This document shows, piece after piece, positions 48,106-57,649 of a DNA stretch of 64,000 nucleotides (positions within the stretch are counted from its first letter, which is position 1; each line of letters opens with the position of its first letter). The stretch is from the NCBI GenBank assembly GCA_964588985.1, contig CAZPQW010000002.1:160001-224000 (forward strand), in the 5' to 3' direction. The notes beneath the pieces are model-generated. The model did not search any database. It saw nothing but the letters and a program-made list of their open reading frames with translations, and had not been told where the DNA came from. Position numbers and translations under genes: made by a program. The DNA comes from an uncultured Solirubrobacteraceae bacterium (GTDB lineage Bacteria > Actinomycetota > Thermoleophilia > Solirubrobacterales > Solirubrobacteraceae).

Positions 48106-49992
48106 CTACGCGTGCTTCGGCGCGTGCGCGGAGGCGGGCGCGTTGTTCGCGGCCCAATCCCTGAGATACGCCTCGGTGCCGGCCACGTCGAGCGGACGGG
48201 CGAACAGGAACCCCTGTCCGCTGTCGCAGTCCTGGTTCTTGAGCAGCGACAGCTCCTGCTGCTGCTCGATGCCCTCAGCGAGCGTCTCGATCGAGAGGGT
48301 CTTGCCGAGCTGCACGAGCGTGTGGATGAGCGTCTCGCCCTCGCGGTTGTCGGTCAGTCCCGAGATGAACGAGCGGTCGATCTTCAGAGCGTCGACCTGG
48401 AAGCGCTGGAGGTGTGCGAGCGAGGAGTAGCCGGTGCCGAAGTCGTCGATCGCGATCCGCACGCCGAGCTGCTTGATCTGCACGAGGCGGCGGGCGGTCT
48501 CCTCGATGTCGCGCATGATCGTCGTCTCGGTGAGCTCGATCGTCAACGCTTCGGGGTGGAGTCCGCTGCCGTCGAGCGCGCCTTCGATGTCGAGGATCAG
48601 CTGGTCGCTGTCGAGCTGACGCCCGGAGACGTTGACGGCCATGCCGATCCGATACCCCGCCTCGTGCCACGCGGCGCCCTGCCTGCAGGCCTCGTGCAGC
48701 ACCCACCTGCCGACGTCCGTGATCAGCCCCGTCTCCTCGAGCAGGGGAATGAAGTCGTCCGGCTGGACGATGCCGCGGTCGGGGTGCTTCCAGCGGATCA
48801 GCGCCTCCACGCCCGTCGGGCGCATGTCGCTGAGGTCGAGGGTGGGCTGGTAGGCGAGGAAGAACTGCTCGCTCCTGAGGGCCTCGCGGAGGTCCATCTC
48901 GAGCTCCATCCGGTCCTGGACGGTGTCGTGCATGCTGGTCTCGAACACCACATGACGGTTCTTGCCGTCCCACTTCGCGCGATACATCGCGATGTCCGCG
49001 TCGCGCAGCAGATCCTCGGCCGTGGTCGCCTCCCCGGTCGCGATCCCGATGCTCGCGGTGACGGTGAGGGGGGTCTGCCCGTCCGGCCCCAGCTTGAACG
49101 GAGGCTGGAGCGCGCTGAGGAGGCGCTCGGCGATCAGCTCGGGGCCCGGGGTGAGCGCGAGCGCCTCGGAGATCACGACGAACTCGTCGCCGCCGAGTCG
49201 CCCGAGCGCGTCGATGTCGCGGATCACGCCGCTCAGCCGAGCGGCCACCGCCTGCAGCAGTTCGTCGCCCACGCCGTGGCCGAGCGTGTCGTTGATCGAC
49301 TTGAAGTTGTCGAGGTCGATGAACAGCGCCGTCACCGGCGTCTGGGTGCGGCGCGAGCGGGCGAGCATCTGCGTGACGCGATCGAGGATCAGCGTCCGGT
49401 TGGGCAGGCCCGTGAGCGAGTCATGCGTGGCGAGGAACGCCAGCTCGCCCTCGCGCCGCCTGAGCTCTTCGTCGGCGCGCTGGCGCTCGATCTCGAAGCA
49501 CTCGCACATCTGCACGAGGCTGAACTCGAGGCTCAGCTGCACGATGTTCAACGCTTCTGCGAGCACATCGTTCGAGACCTCCAGCCGCGCGGCGCTCTCA
49601 CGCAGCACGTCGGCCATCGAATCTCTCCAAAAAAGGCTGCGTCTCGTTACCTCGTTGAGCGAGGCCGCGCGCGTCGCGGCGAGCTCCCCGAAGATCTCCC
49701 ACGTTTCCTGCCCGCCCTGTCGAGCGACCTCCAGGCCCTCGCCGGCGATCCATCGCGCCACGGCGATCGTGGAGCTCGTGCTGATCCGTTCGAAGCTGTC
49801 CTGCACCATCGGCTCGACTTCGTGGCCCGGGCCGGCGCTGCGCGCGACCGTCAGGCCGAGCACGTCCTCTGCGCGGGCCTTCAGCGCCTCGCCGAGACGG
49901 CAGAGGTCCTCCGCGGGCTGTCCCTCCGGGATCGACGGCGGCAGCGGCACGCGTATCTCGGCCTTTTCGGAACTTGAGTCTCGAGTTGACAT
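48106..49992 (-). CDS. GGDEF-EAL diguanylate cyclase/phosphodiesterase
   Basis: FIDLDNFKSINDTLGH, RLGGDEF, VEALIRW, IDDFGTGYSSL. Confidence 0.93.
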   Translation of the reverse strand: MSTRDSSSEKAEIRVPLPPSIPEGQPAEDLCRLGEALKARAEDVLGLTVARSAGPGHEVEPMVQDSFERISTSSTIAVARWIAGEGLEVARQGGQETWEIFGELAATRAASLNEVTRRSLFWRDSMADVLRESAARLEVSNDVLAEALNIVQLSLEFSLVQMCECFEIERQRADEELRRREGELAFLATHDSLTGLPNRTLILDRVTQMLARSRRTQTPVTALFIDLDNFKSINDTLGHGVGDELLQAVAARLSGVIRDIDALGRLGGDEFVVISEALALTPGPELIAERLLSALQPPFKLGPDGQTPLTVTASIGIATGEATTAEDLLRDADIAMYRAKWDGKNRHVVFETSMHDTVQDRMELEMDLREALRSEQFFLAYQPTLDLSDMRPTGVEALIRWKHPDRGIVQPDDFIPLLEETGLITDVGRWVLHEACRQGAAWHEAGYRIGMAVNVSGRQLDSDQLILDIEGALDGSGLHPEALTIELTETTIMRDIEETARRLVQIKQLGVRIAIDDFGTGYSSLAHLQRFQVDALKIDRSFISGLTDNREGETLIHTLVQLGKTLSIETLAEGIEQQQELSLLKNQDCDSGQGFLFARPLDVAGTEAYLRDWAANNAPASAHAPKHA

Positions 49993-50176
49993 CTCGGCTC
50001 ACCGCATCGGCAGCTTGGGCTGATTCCACGAGCTGGACATTCGATCTTGCAGCGCATGGATGGCGGCGCGAGGTGGCGAAGTACGGATCGGTTGCGTGGC
50101 TCGACGCCGATGTCCTCGCGGGCGGCGCGGAATAGCTTGCTCTCAAGGGGATCAGGTCGAGAGGAGAGTGGTGGAG

Positions 50177-51607
50177 ATGAGCGAGCAGCTCAGCATGCTG
50201 GACACGATGTTCCTCGAGCTGGAGCAGTTCGACGAGGCGGCGCACATGCACATCGGCGCGGCGCTCGTCTTCGACGCGCTCCCCGGCGGCGGCACGCCGA
50301 CGATCGGCGCGCTGCGCGATCACATCCGCGAACGCGTCGGGATGCTCCCGCGCTACGTGCAGAAGCTCTCGGGCGTGCACGCGGGACCTCTCACGTGGCT
50401 CACGTGGGAGCCGGCGAAGGCCGTCGACCTCGACGCCCACGTCCACCACGCGACGCTGCCCGCCCCCGGCGGCGAGGCCGAGCTGCACGAGTGGCTGGGG
50501 GAGTTCTGGTCGCATCGGCTCGATCGCCGCCGGCCGCTGTGGGAGATGACGCTGCTCGACGGGCTCGAGGACGGGCGTTGGGCGCTTGCGAGCAAGACGC
50601 ACCACTGCCTCGTCGACGGCGTCGGCTCTCTGGACATCGGGCACGTCCTGCTCGACGTCTCGCCCGAGGGTTCGCCACCGCAGCCGCCGCCGATGCCGGA
50701 GGGCGAGGAGCGGGTAGAGCAGCGCGACGGCGGCCGGTTCTGGTTCTCGCCGGGCCTCGTCGTGCGCGGGGCGCGCGCGGGCGTCGGCGCGGCGCTGCAC
50801 CCGCGCGAGTCGCTCGAGAAGGTGCGCGCGGCTGTGGAGCTGATCGTGCGCGAGGAGGTGATCGGGGCGCCGAAGTCGAGCCTCAACGGGCCGATGAGCG
50901 GCACGCGCCAATTCGCGACCGTGCGGCTCGAGCTCGCCGACGTGAAGGCGACCAAGGCGCGCCTCGGCGGGACCGTCAACGACGTGGTGCTCGCGCTGTG
51001 CGCGGGCGGGCTGCGACACCTGCTGCTCTCGCGCGGCGACGAGCTGCCCAAGAGCGATCTGCGGGCGCAGGTGCCGGTGAACATCCGCCCGGAGGATCTG
51101 GAGCACGCTATGGGCAACGAGCTGACGTCGCTGTTCGTCGAGTTGCCCGTGGGGGAGGAGGACCCGCTCGCGCGCTACCAGCTCGTGGTCGAGCGCACCG
51201 AGGCGCTCAAGGCCGGCTCGCAGCGCGCCGGCGGCAAGACGATCGTCGACCTCGCCGACATGGGCCCGCCGCTCGCCGGCGCGCTGCTCGCGCGGTCGAT
51301 GTTCGGCGGCACGCGGATGTTCAACCTCACGATCACCAACGTCCCCGGGCCTCAGCAGCGGTTGTATGCGCTCGGCGCGCCGCTCGTCGAGATCCTCCCG
51401 CTCGTGCCGCTGTTCGCCGGACACACCGTCGGGATCGCGGTCCTGTCATACGACGGGCAGGTGGTGTTCGGGTTGAACGCCGACCGGATGGCCGCGCCCG
51501 ACGTGGAGGTGCTCGCGGAGGGGATCGAGAAGGCGTTCGCGGAGCTGCAGGTGGGTGAGGGGAAGCGGGTGGGGCGGCGGGCGGTGGTGGCTTCGGCGGG
51601 GTTCTAG
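50177..51607 (+). CDS. Wax ester synthase/diacylglycerol acyltransferase (WS/DGAT)
   Basis: MHIGA, LDRRRPLWE, KTHHCLVDG (HHxxxDG), TVNDVVL, ITNVPGP. Confidence 0.93.
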   Translation: MSEQLSMLDTMFLELEQFDEAAHMHIGAALVFDALPGGGTPTIGALRDHIRERVGMLPRYVQKLSGVHAGPLTWLTWEPAKAVDLDAHVHHATLPAPGGEAELHEWLGEFWSHRLDRRRPLWEMTLLDGLEDGRWALASKTHHCLVDGVGSLDIGHVLLDVSPEGSPPQPPPMPEGEERVEQRDGGRFWFSPGLVVRGARAGVGAALHPRESLEKVRAAVELIVREEVIGAPKSSLNGPMSGTRQFATVRLELADVKATKARLGGTVNDVVLALCAGGLRHLLLSRGDELPKSDLRAQVPVNIRPEDLEHAMGNELTSLFVELPVGEEDPLARYQLVVERTEALKAGSQRAGGKTIVDLADMGPPLAGALLARSMFGGTRMFNLTITNVPGPQQRLYALGAPLVEILPLVPLFAGHTVGIAVLSYDGQVVFGLNADRMAAPDVEVLAEGIEKAFAELQVGEGKRVGRRAVVASAGF

Positions 51608-51638
51608 GCGCGACCTGAACGCTACTGTTGGTGCGGTC

Positions 51639-51878
51639 ATGACAGCCAAGGAGAAGCTGCGGGTCGTTGTCGAGGAGCTTTCAGAGCGCGAGGCGGAGAA
51701 CACGCTCGAGTACATAGCGAGCCGCCGTGACGGTGGGCTTGATGAGTTGCTCGAAAGCGCACACATCGACGACGAGCCGACCACCCCGGAGGAGGAGGCG
51801 GCGGTTCAGGTCGCGCGCGAGGAGCTTGCGCGCGGCGAGACCGTCAGCCTTGATGAGATTCGCGCCGAACTCGCGTGA
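51639..51878 (+). CDS. Probable antitoxin of a RelE-type pair
   Basis: 79 aa, acidic, ends ARGETVSLDEIRAEL; GTGA overlap with a RelE-like start. Confidence 0.7.
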   Translation: MTAKEKLRVVVEELSEREAENTLEYIASRRDGGLDELLESAHIDDEPTTPEEEAAVQVAREELARGETVSLDEIRAELA

Positions 51879-51955
51879 GCGGTGCGTGGCGGGTCGCGCT
51901 GACCCGTGCTGCACAGCGTGACATCAGGCGGCTCGACGCGCAGATCCGCCAGCGT
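51875..51955 (+). pseudogene. Truncated RelE/ParE family toxin
   Basis: WRVALTRAAQRDIRRLDAQIRQR is a RelE N terminus; the LRVGDYR-type core is missing. Confidence 0.65.
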
Positions 51956-52091
51956 GGATCAAGCTACGCGTACAGTCTCGGTGCTGCGGGTGTTGCCTCG
52001 TGGGCGCGCATATCGCGGCTGACCTTCAAGTCCGGCAGGACAACGAGGTCTCGTCTCAAGACGCTCTGAGACAGAGCGCTCCTCTGGCTGT

Positions 52092-53582
52092 CTATCCGCA
52101 GCCTGTCCAGCAGGTGGCGACCCGCACGACCGACCTGCCGGGTGACTGGGGCGAGAGGAAGTTCGGTAGGCCGCTCCAGGCGATGATCCAGAGGTCGCCG
52201 CTTTCGATGTGAAGCGGCACGGCCGACTGCACGTGCTCGGCCGGCGAGACCTTGACGGCGGCGCCGAACCGATTGCGGCCGGGTGCGCCCAGTGCTGCGT
52301 AGACGGCGGCGCCGGGGCTGAGAGCCGAGAACGGCGGGTTGGGGCCGCCCAGCCAGGTGACGATCGGACCGCCAGGACCAACTGCGGCTGCGACATCGTT
52401 CGCCCATTGCCCGGGAGGGGAGACGGTTCGCGCGGCGGAGAACCGATCTCCGTGGATCGTGGAGACCCGTACGACCGAGCGGGCCGGTGTCGGTTCGCTG
52501 CTGGAGGCTGTTGCGAGGAACGCCACGAGAGGGGGATATCCGTTGCCGCCGACGAGCGCGATGTCGCCGCTCAGCGGGCCGTTCTGGCTCTTGGCGAGCG
52601 TCTGCGCGGGCAGGAACTTGGCCTGGTTGGGCGGCCGCACCGCGACCTGGGTGTAGCTCGGCCCCTGTTCTCCGCCCTCGGAGAGCTGGCGGTGATACCA
52701 GGCGACGACGATGCGCCCGTTGCGTGAGATGTAGGGGGTCGCGACCTCGTTGGCGTTGCCGACGGCCGCCGGGCCGACGTCGGATACGGCTCCCCAGCCA
52801 TGTCCGTGGGGGCGCACCCGCACCAGCATGCGGCCCCGCTTGCTGTCGAACGCGACGACCATGTCCGAAGCGGCCCGGCCGGCGATCGGGGTGTGCGAGC
52901 CGGGGCCGACGGATGCGGTGACGGCGAGGCCGTTGGCCGAGGAGGAGATCAGCTGCGGTGCGGCGAAGCCGCGACCGGGCAGGCGCACGCTCGCCCAGAC
53001 CTGCCGGTGCGCGGCGCGCGGCGAGCTGATCCAGGCCAGCAGCAGTTCACCCTCCAGGTTGCCCGCGAGGCTGGCGCTACCCACCCAGACGGTCCCTGCG
53101 ACGGGAAGCGGGGGTCGGAAGTGCCCGTTGATGTCGCCGATCGCGACGCTCGGCTTGGCGGTGTTCACGCCCGTGCGGTGAAGGATCAGCTGGGCGACCC
53201 GGCCGCCGCCGAGGGCGACGAGCGCTCCGCTGGCGTAGCTCGCCGGCAGCCGATGCGGAGCGCGGAACACGCCGGTGATCGGTGCCGTCGCGTAGCTCGC
53301 GCCGGGCGGCGCGAGGAGGTGATGCGGCGGCGGCGATGCGAGGTCGTAGAAGCGCCAGAACACCATGTCGCCGTTGGGGCCGGACGCGAGCCCGAGGTTG
53401 CTGATCGCTTCGTGTGGGGATGACACGCTCACCGCGGGCGACCAGCCAGCCGCCAACGAGGGTGAAGGCGCCGCCGCACCGAGCGCCAGCGCGCCGACCA
53501 ACGCCAAGGCTGCGGCCGCGGTCAATGGCGTACGCCTGGTGCGGCATCGCGCGAGACACGAGAGATGAGCGAACAGGCACAT
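52092..53582 (-). CDS. Secreted hypothetical protein with beta-propeller-like repeats (start uncertain)
   Basis: Signal-peptide-like segment; repeated G..(V/L)AW and F.A...(V/I)S units. Confidence 0.7.
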   Translation of the reverse strand: MCLFAHLSCLARCRTRRTPLTAAAALALVGALALGAAAPSPSLAAGWSPAVSVSSPHEAISNLGLASGPNGDMVFWRFYDLASPPPHHLLAPPGASYATAPITGVFRAPHRLPASYASGALVALGGGRVAQLILHRTGVNTAKPSVAIGDINGHFRPPLPVAGTVWVGSASLAGNLEGELLLAWISSPRAAHRQVWASVRLPGRGFAAPQLISSSANGLAVTASVGPGSHTPIAGRAASDMVVAFDSKRGRMLVRVRPHGHGWGAVSDVGPAAVGNANEVATPYISRNGRIVVAWYHRQLSEGGEQGPSYTQVAVRPPNQAKFLPAQTLAKSQNGPLSGDIALVGGNGYPPLVAFLATASSSEPTPARSVVRVSTIHGDRFSAARTVSPPGQWANDVAAAVGPGGPIVTWLGGPNPPFSALSPGAAVYAALGAPGRNRFGAAVKVSPAEHVQSAVPLHIESGDLWIIAWSGLPNFLSPQSPGRSVVRVATCWTGCG

Positions 53583-53590
53583 GGCGCGCT

Positions 53591-54037
53591 TCAGGCTCGG
53601 TCGTTCAGGAAGATCGCGGCGTAGGATCCAGCTCCGAGTAGCGACTCTGCTGACTGCTCGCGCTCGCCGAGCGCGAGGCTTTCGATGATCCCGGTGTTCG
53701 GGTCGAACCGCACGTCGCTGAGCTCGCCGAGGTCGTTGCCGATGTCGCTGAGTGCGCGTTTGCCGATCAGCTCGAGCTTGCCGTCGGCGGCTGCGTTCTC
53801 GTGATCGTTGCGCGGCGCGTGCAGAGCGCTCTCGTCGGCGACCATCACCGCGTCGGGGCCAAGCCCGCCGACCTGGTCCCAGTCGAGCACGAGGGCCTTG
53901 CGGCCCTTGCCCACGATCAGCGACGCGACTTTGTGTCGCTTGACGTCGATCACGATGTGAGCAACGTCGCCCAGCTCCTCAGCGCTCGTCTGGCTGACCA
54001 CCTTTCGCCCCGACAGCGCGGTGAAACTGTCGCTCAT
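53591..54037 (-). CDS. Tandem PRC-barrel protein
   Basis: LSGRKVV...ELGDV..IVID; second repeat LIGKRAL..G..LG.L.DV.FD..TG.I. Confidence 0.82.
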   Translation of the reverse strand: MSDSFTALSGRKVVSQTSAEELGDVAHIVIDVKRHKVASLIVGKGRKALVLDWDQVGGLGPDAVMVADESALHAPRNDHENAAADGKLELIGKRALSDIGNDLGELSDVRFDPNTGIIESLALGEREQSAESLLGAGSYAAIFLNDRA

Positions 54038-54594
54038 GACGCGCTCAGCCTCGAGTGGAAGTCCTCGACCGCTGCGCCCAGCCCAACGAGATCCTTCTCG
54101 ACGAAGTCTTTCGTGGCCTCGGGAACGATCAGCGTGCTGCCCGACACGGCCAGTTGGGTCGGCAACGGGATGTAGCCGGTGCCGCCGGATGCCGCGTCGA
54201 TCTCGTAGCCGACGACCTCTCCGTTGCTTCCAAGCAGGACGACAACGTCTCGTACCTTGCCGAGGCTCGTGCCGTGCTCGGTCAAGACCTCATCGCCGGT
54301 CACGTCGCGTCCGGATGGCGGCTCACCGACGTCCGCCGGTGCGTCGTGCGGCAGGACGAGGCTGTCCTCATCCTGGACCATGACGGCGTCTTGACCGATT
54401 GCGTGGATCTGCTCGGCTGCCAGCACCTCACGAGAGCGCCCGGCGAGAAAGCCACGCTTGTTGAGCGTGAGACCCACGACGCGTCCGGCCTGCGGGTCAT
54501 AGATCAAGTCGCGAACCTCGGCAACGTCCTCGCCGCCGTCGATCGTCACAACGGGTAGACCGCGGATCGCCGAGCCGGTAGCGAGCATCCTCAT
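54034..54594 (-). CDS. Tandem PRC-barrel protein
   Basis: IRGLPVVT..GE.V..V.DLIYD...AIGQDAVMV; second repeat VLTEHG.SLGKVRDV. Confidence 0.85.
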   Translation of the reverse strand: MRMLATGSAIRGLPVVTIDGGEDVAEVRDLIYDPQAGRVVGLTLNKRGFLAGRSREVLAAEQIHAIGQDAVMVQDEDSLVLPHDAPADVGEPPSGRDVTGDEVLTEHGTSLGKVRDVVVLLGSNGEVVGYEIDAASGGTGYIPLPTQLAVSGSTLIVPEATKDFVEKDLVGLGAAVEDFHSRLSAS

Positions 54595-54713
54595 CGCTTT
54601 CTCCGGGTGGCGATCACGCCACCCCCTCGCCGGCGGCGGCGCATGAAGACACCGAGCGCCAACACGAGAACAACCAGCACAAGGATGACTACAAGCCACG
54701 CCAAGACACTCAC
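54591..54713 (-). CDS. 40 aa single-TM peptide
   Basis: GTG start, about 22 hydrophobic residues then RRRRR; ATGA coupling to the PRC gene. Confidence 0.6.
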   Translation of the reverse strand: MSVLAWLVVILVLVVLVLALGVFMRRRRRGGGVIATRRKR

Positions 54714-54840
54714 CGCAGAAGCTCCGCTCTCGCGAGAATCCCACTCACGTGCAGCTCTCCAAGCAGTGGACACTGCTCGCGCGTCCACCCGCCAAGACTC
54801 ACGATGGAGCCGGGTCCCAGCTCGGCGCTGAAACGGACAG

Positions 54841-55035
54841 TCACGCTTTGTCCGCCCTGTCCCTCAGGTCCTCGAGCGCGTGGTGGGCCTTGTCGACGGC
54901 CGAGTCGAGCTTGCCCTTGAGCTTGCCCTTGTCCTCTTGGCGCTGCCCCTCGTACTTGGTGTCCTCATCGCCGGTGATAGCACCGACGGCTTGCTTCACG
55001 CGACCACTGATCTTGTCGGTCTTCTCGCTCATCAC
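54841..55035 (-). CDS. CsbD family general stress protein
   Basis: DKISGRVKQAVGAITGD...EG....KGK; AGGAGG RBS. Confidence 0.9.
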   Translation of the reverse strand: MMSEKTDKISGRVKQAVGAITGDEDTKYEGQRQEDKGKLKGKLDSAVDKAHHALEDLRDRADKA

Positions 55036-55184
55036 AGGCCTCCTGGGTTGCGGGGGTCCTGGCCATCCATGTCGCCTTAGCGACGAGGGACCAGGTCAAA
55101 GATGTGGATCGTCGAGGCGAACGCCGGCGGACGGTGCGGAAGCGATCGCCGCGATCCGCGATCCGCGATGCCGAGAGCGAGCTA

Positions 55185-55334
55185 TCACCCTCGCCGCCCG
55201 TAGTAGCGGCCTCGACCCAGAAAGGCGAAGAGCACGAGGATGATCACGAGAACCCACAGCAGCGGACTCACGGCAATGCTCCCCACCAACGCCAGGACGA
55301 TGAGGATGATGATCAGAAGGACAACCAAATCCAT
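55185..55334 (-). CDS. 49 aa 2-TM small protein (not in ORF track)
   Basis: Manual translation MDLVVLLIIILIVLALVGSIAVSPLLWVLVIILVLFAFLGRGRYYGRRG*; TAGCGT box 7 nt upstream. Confidence 0.7.
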   Translation of the reverse strand: MDLVVLLIIILIVLALVGSIAVSPLLWVLVIILVLFAFLGRGRYYGRRG

Positions 55335-55502
55335 GTCTTAGACGCTACGCCTGAGTCGCGGCGCGGACATCCGTACCGAACACTGAGAACGTAGCCGGGA
55401 AACTCCGTGGCAAGCGAGCGGGCAAACTAACGTGGGTGGTCCTACCACACGCTCGCCCGCGTCCTGATGATGCTGGCGGTGTGCGTCGTGTTCGTGAGCT
55501 TC

Positions 55503-55943
55503 CTACCCGAGCAACCCAAGCTCCTCGAGCAGTTCGTCGGAGCTCAGATAGGAGCGCGATTCGACGATCAGTCCGTTGCGGACGCGCACCACCACGCCCC
55601 ACGGACTGAGCATCTCTCCCTGGTCGCGTATCTCTCCGAGAACCGCGATTCGATCAGCGTCGAGGAGGCGGATGTCACGTATCACGACCTCGTACCAGCG
55701 GCCGCTGGCCACCATTGTCTCCCACCATGCCCGGACACCTGCGTGACCGGTGTGCCGCCTGCTGCCGAATAGCCGCGACGGGTAGCTGACGACGTTCTCG
55801 TCCTGCAGCGCGAGCATCGCCTCGAGGTCGCGGTCGTTGTATGCGGCGACGTAGCCACGTGCCAGCCGAACCGCCTCCGCGGGAGTCAACGACCCGCCGA
55901 GTGGACCCGGCATGCCCGTCGCGTCGGCCTCAATCGAGCTCAT
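55503..55943 (-). CDS. SnoaL/NTF2-like protein
   Basis: YVAAYNDRDLEAMLAL...GHAGVRAWW...VRNGLI..SRSY. Confidence 0.8.
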   Translation of the reverse strand: MSSIEADATGMPGPLGGSLTPAEAVRLARGYVAAYNDRDLEAMLALQDENVVSYPSRLFGSRRHTGHAGVRAWWETMVASGRWYEVVIRDIRLLDADRIAVLGEIRDQGEMLSPWGVVVRVRNGLIVESRSYLSSDELLEELGLLG

Positions 55944-56100
55944 CGTGAATCGAAGGAAGGATCCGCCTGGCGACCCTTGACGCAATCCTACCCCTCCGAA
56001 CAAACGGCGGGCTATTGCGGTGCTGAGCGAGTACTTTCCCGGAAGGAGCAGGTGCTGGATGCGGATGTCGCGCGATCCACCCGCACGCGACGATACGGCC

Positions 56101-56439
56101 ATGCACAGGAACCTGATCGTCAGCGCGGTTGTGATCGCAGCTTTTGCGCCGGCCGCCGGCGCGGGCGCGGCAACACCCGCCGCCCACTGGTGCCGGGAAG
56201 GAGACCCTGCGATCTACGCGTCCGCAGTTACCGCGTGCGGACTTGCCGGCAACGTGGTCACGGACTACGTGAACGTCTGTCACGAGCTGAGCAACTGTCA
56301 GATGCGAGTGGATTCGCCGGCTTCACGCGTGGGTTTTCTGATCACATGCAATCGCCGTGGCCGTCGCTACACGGGGACGGTGTACTGCCAAGGACCGGCG
56401 AGCACAAACATCTGGACGCGCTTCTCGGCGCTTATCTGA
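56101..56439 (+). CDS. Small secreted six-Cys protein
   Basis: Ala-rich signal peptide followed by six Cys. Confidence 0.6.
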   Translation: MHRNLIVSAVVIAAFAPAAGAGAATPAAHWCREGDPAIYASAVTACGLAGNVVTDYVNVCHELSNCQMRVDSPASRVGFLITCNRRGRRYTGTVYCQGPASTNIWTRFSALI

Positions 56440-56473
56440 ACCCGTGCTGCCGGCTCCTTGCGCTTCGAGGGCG

Positions 56474-57139
56474 ATGAGGATCGCAACCGCCCTCTCCTTC
56501 CGCGCGATCCCGGCGTTGGCGTGCGCCATCGCCATAGCCGTGTGCGCTGGAGCAGGCGTCGCCGTCGCGGCCAGCCAGGGCGGGCCGGCCGTGTCGCCCC
56601 GCCTCGTCTACCGGGCGCGCGCCGACATCGACGGCGACGGCCGGCTCGACGCCATCGTGCTCACGCCCGCCAGCAGCGGAGGCCGGCTGGAAGCGACCCT
56701 GTCCTCTGGGCGCACCCTCGTCGTTCACACCGCCTCAGACGCCTTCTTCCTTCCGGGTCTCCTCGCCGTCGGAAACGTCAACGGACGCCCAGGCGCGGAG
56801 CTGTTCGTCGACGAACAGCACATCACCACCGAGGAGAACATCGCCATCTACACCTACGCCGGCGGAACGCTGCGCCGCGCCGGGGCCCTTCCCGCCTACG
56901 GCTCCGACTTCGGGATCAGATTTGGTCTCACCTGCGCCTCTCGCGCCAAGCGCCACTACATCTACGACGACCTCTACGAACTGCGGGGATCGGCGCACCG
57001 GCGCTGGGTACGGCGGGAGACCGTATACGTCTGGCGTGGCAGCACGTTGAAGCGGCTTGGCAGTAGCCCGGCGCGGAGCATCTCCGGCCCGCCCTCCCCC
57101 GCGAAGATCGGCGTGCGCTGCGCTCGCCCCGCCTACTAG
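56474..57139 (+). CDS. Secreted protein with FG-GAP-like motifs
   Basis: Signal peptide; ADIDGDGRLD and GNVNGRPGAELFV. Confidence 0.7.
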   Translation: MRIATALSFRAIPALACAIAIAVCAGAGVAVAASQGGPAVSPRLVYRARADIDGDGRLDAIVLTPASSGGRLEATLSSGRTLVVHTASDAFFLPGLLAVGNVNGRPGAELFVDEQHITTEENIAIYTYAGGTLRRAGALPAYGSDFGIRFGLTCASRAKRHYIYDDLYELRGSAHRRWVRRETVYVWRGSTLKRLGSSPARSISGPPSPAKIGVRCARPAY

Positions 57140-57179
57140 ACGACGGGCTGCCCACACGAGCAATCCGGAGCAGCGGCTC

Positions 57180-57345
57180 AGGGCGGATGAGCTTTACCGG
57201 GAGTCGCGTGGTCCTGCGTTGCGGGCGAGTGTCCGTCGAGTGTCCAGAGCGTGGCGTTGAGCTCTTCGGCGAGGACCATGGAGGCCGCGTCGTATGCGCT
57301 CTTGTGCTCGAGTCGCTGGGTCATCGCGACTACCGGCCGCAGTGT
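57180..57345 (-). pseudogene. PIN/VapC toxin remnant (3' part, frameshifted)
   Basis: SAYDAASMVLAEELNATLWTLDG, then LARNAGPR and LPVKLI in shifted frames; 5' half absent. Confidence 0.7.
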
Positions 57346-57358
57346 CCTGGAGCGGGGG

Positions 57359-57492
57359 GTGTAGACGGCTTTTGGCGGAGGCCTGGGAAACGGACGATCG
57401 TCTGCGGCGATAAAACCCCTGCAAATGAGCACAAAATTTGGGCTGTGTAAACGGCTTTCGGAGGCGTTTCTGAGAGACAGATGACTGTCTGC
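57359..57492. repeat. Two degenerate ~50 bp units, each with a copy of 14 nt of tRNA-Cys
   Basis: GTGTAGACGGCTTT (57359) and GTGTAAACGGCTTT (57445) match the tRNA at 57551-57564; both continue CGGAGGC...GTCTGC. Confidence 0.7.
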
Positions 57493-57527
57493 TGTGCCGA
57501 AAGGTGCCGATTTGCAGGGCTTTTCAG

Positions 57528-57598
57528 AGGCGACGACCGGAATCGAACCGGTGTAGACGGCTTTGCAGGCCGCTGCGTAGCCACTCCGCCACGTCGCC
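57528..57598 (-). tRNA. tRNA-Cys(GCA)
   Basis: Acceptor GGCGACG/CGTCGCC, anticodon arm GCGGC-CTGCAAA-GCCGT, GGTTCGATTCC. Confidence 0.95.
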
Positions 57599-57649
57599 CA
57601 GCTGGATCCCCAAGCGTATCGGGCCGTTGATAGGCTTGGGACCTTCCCA

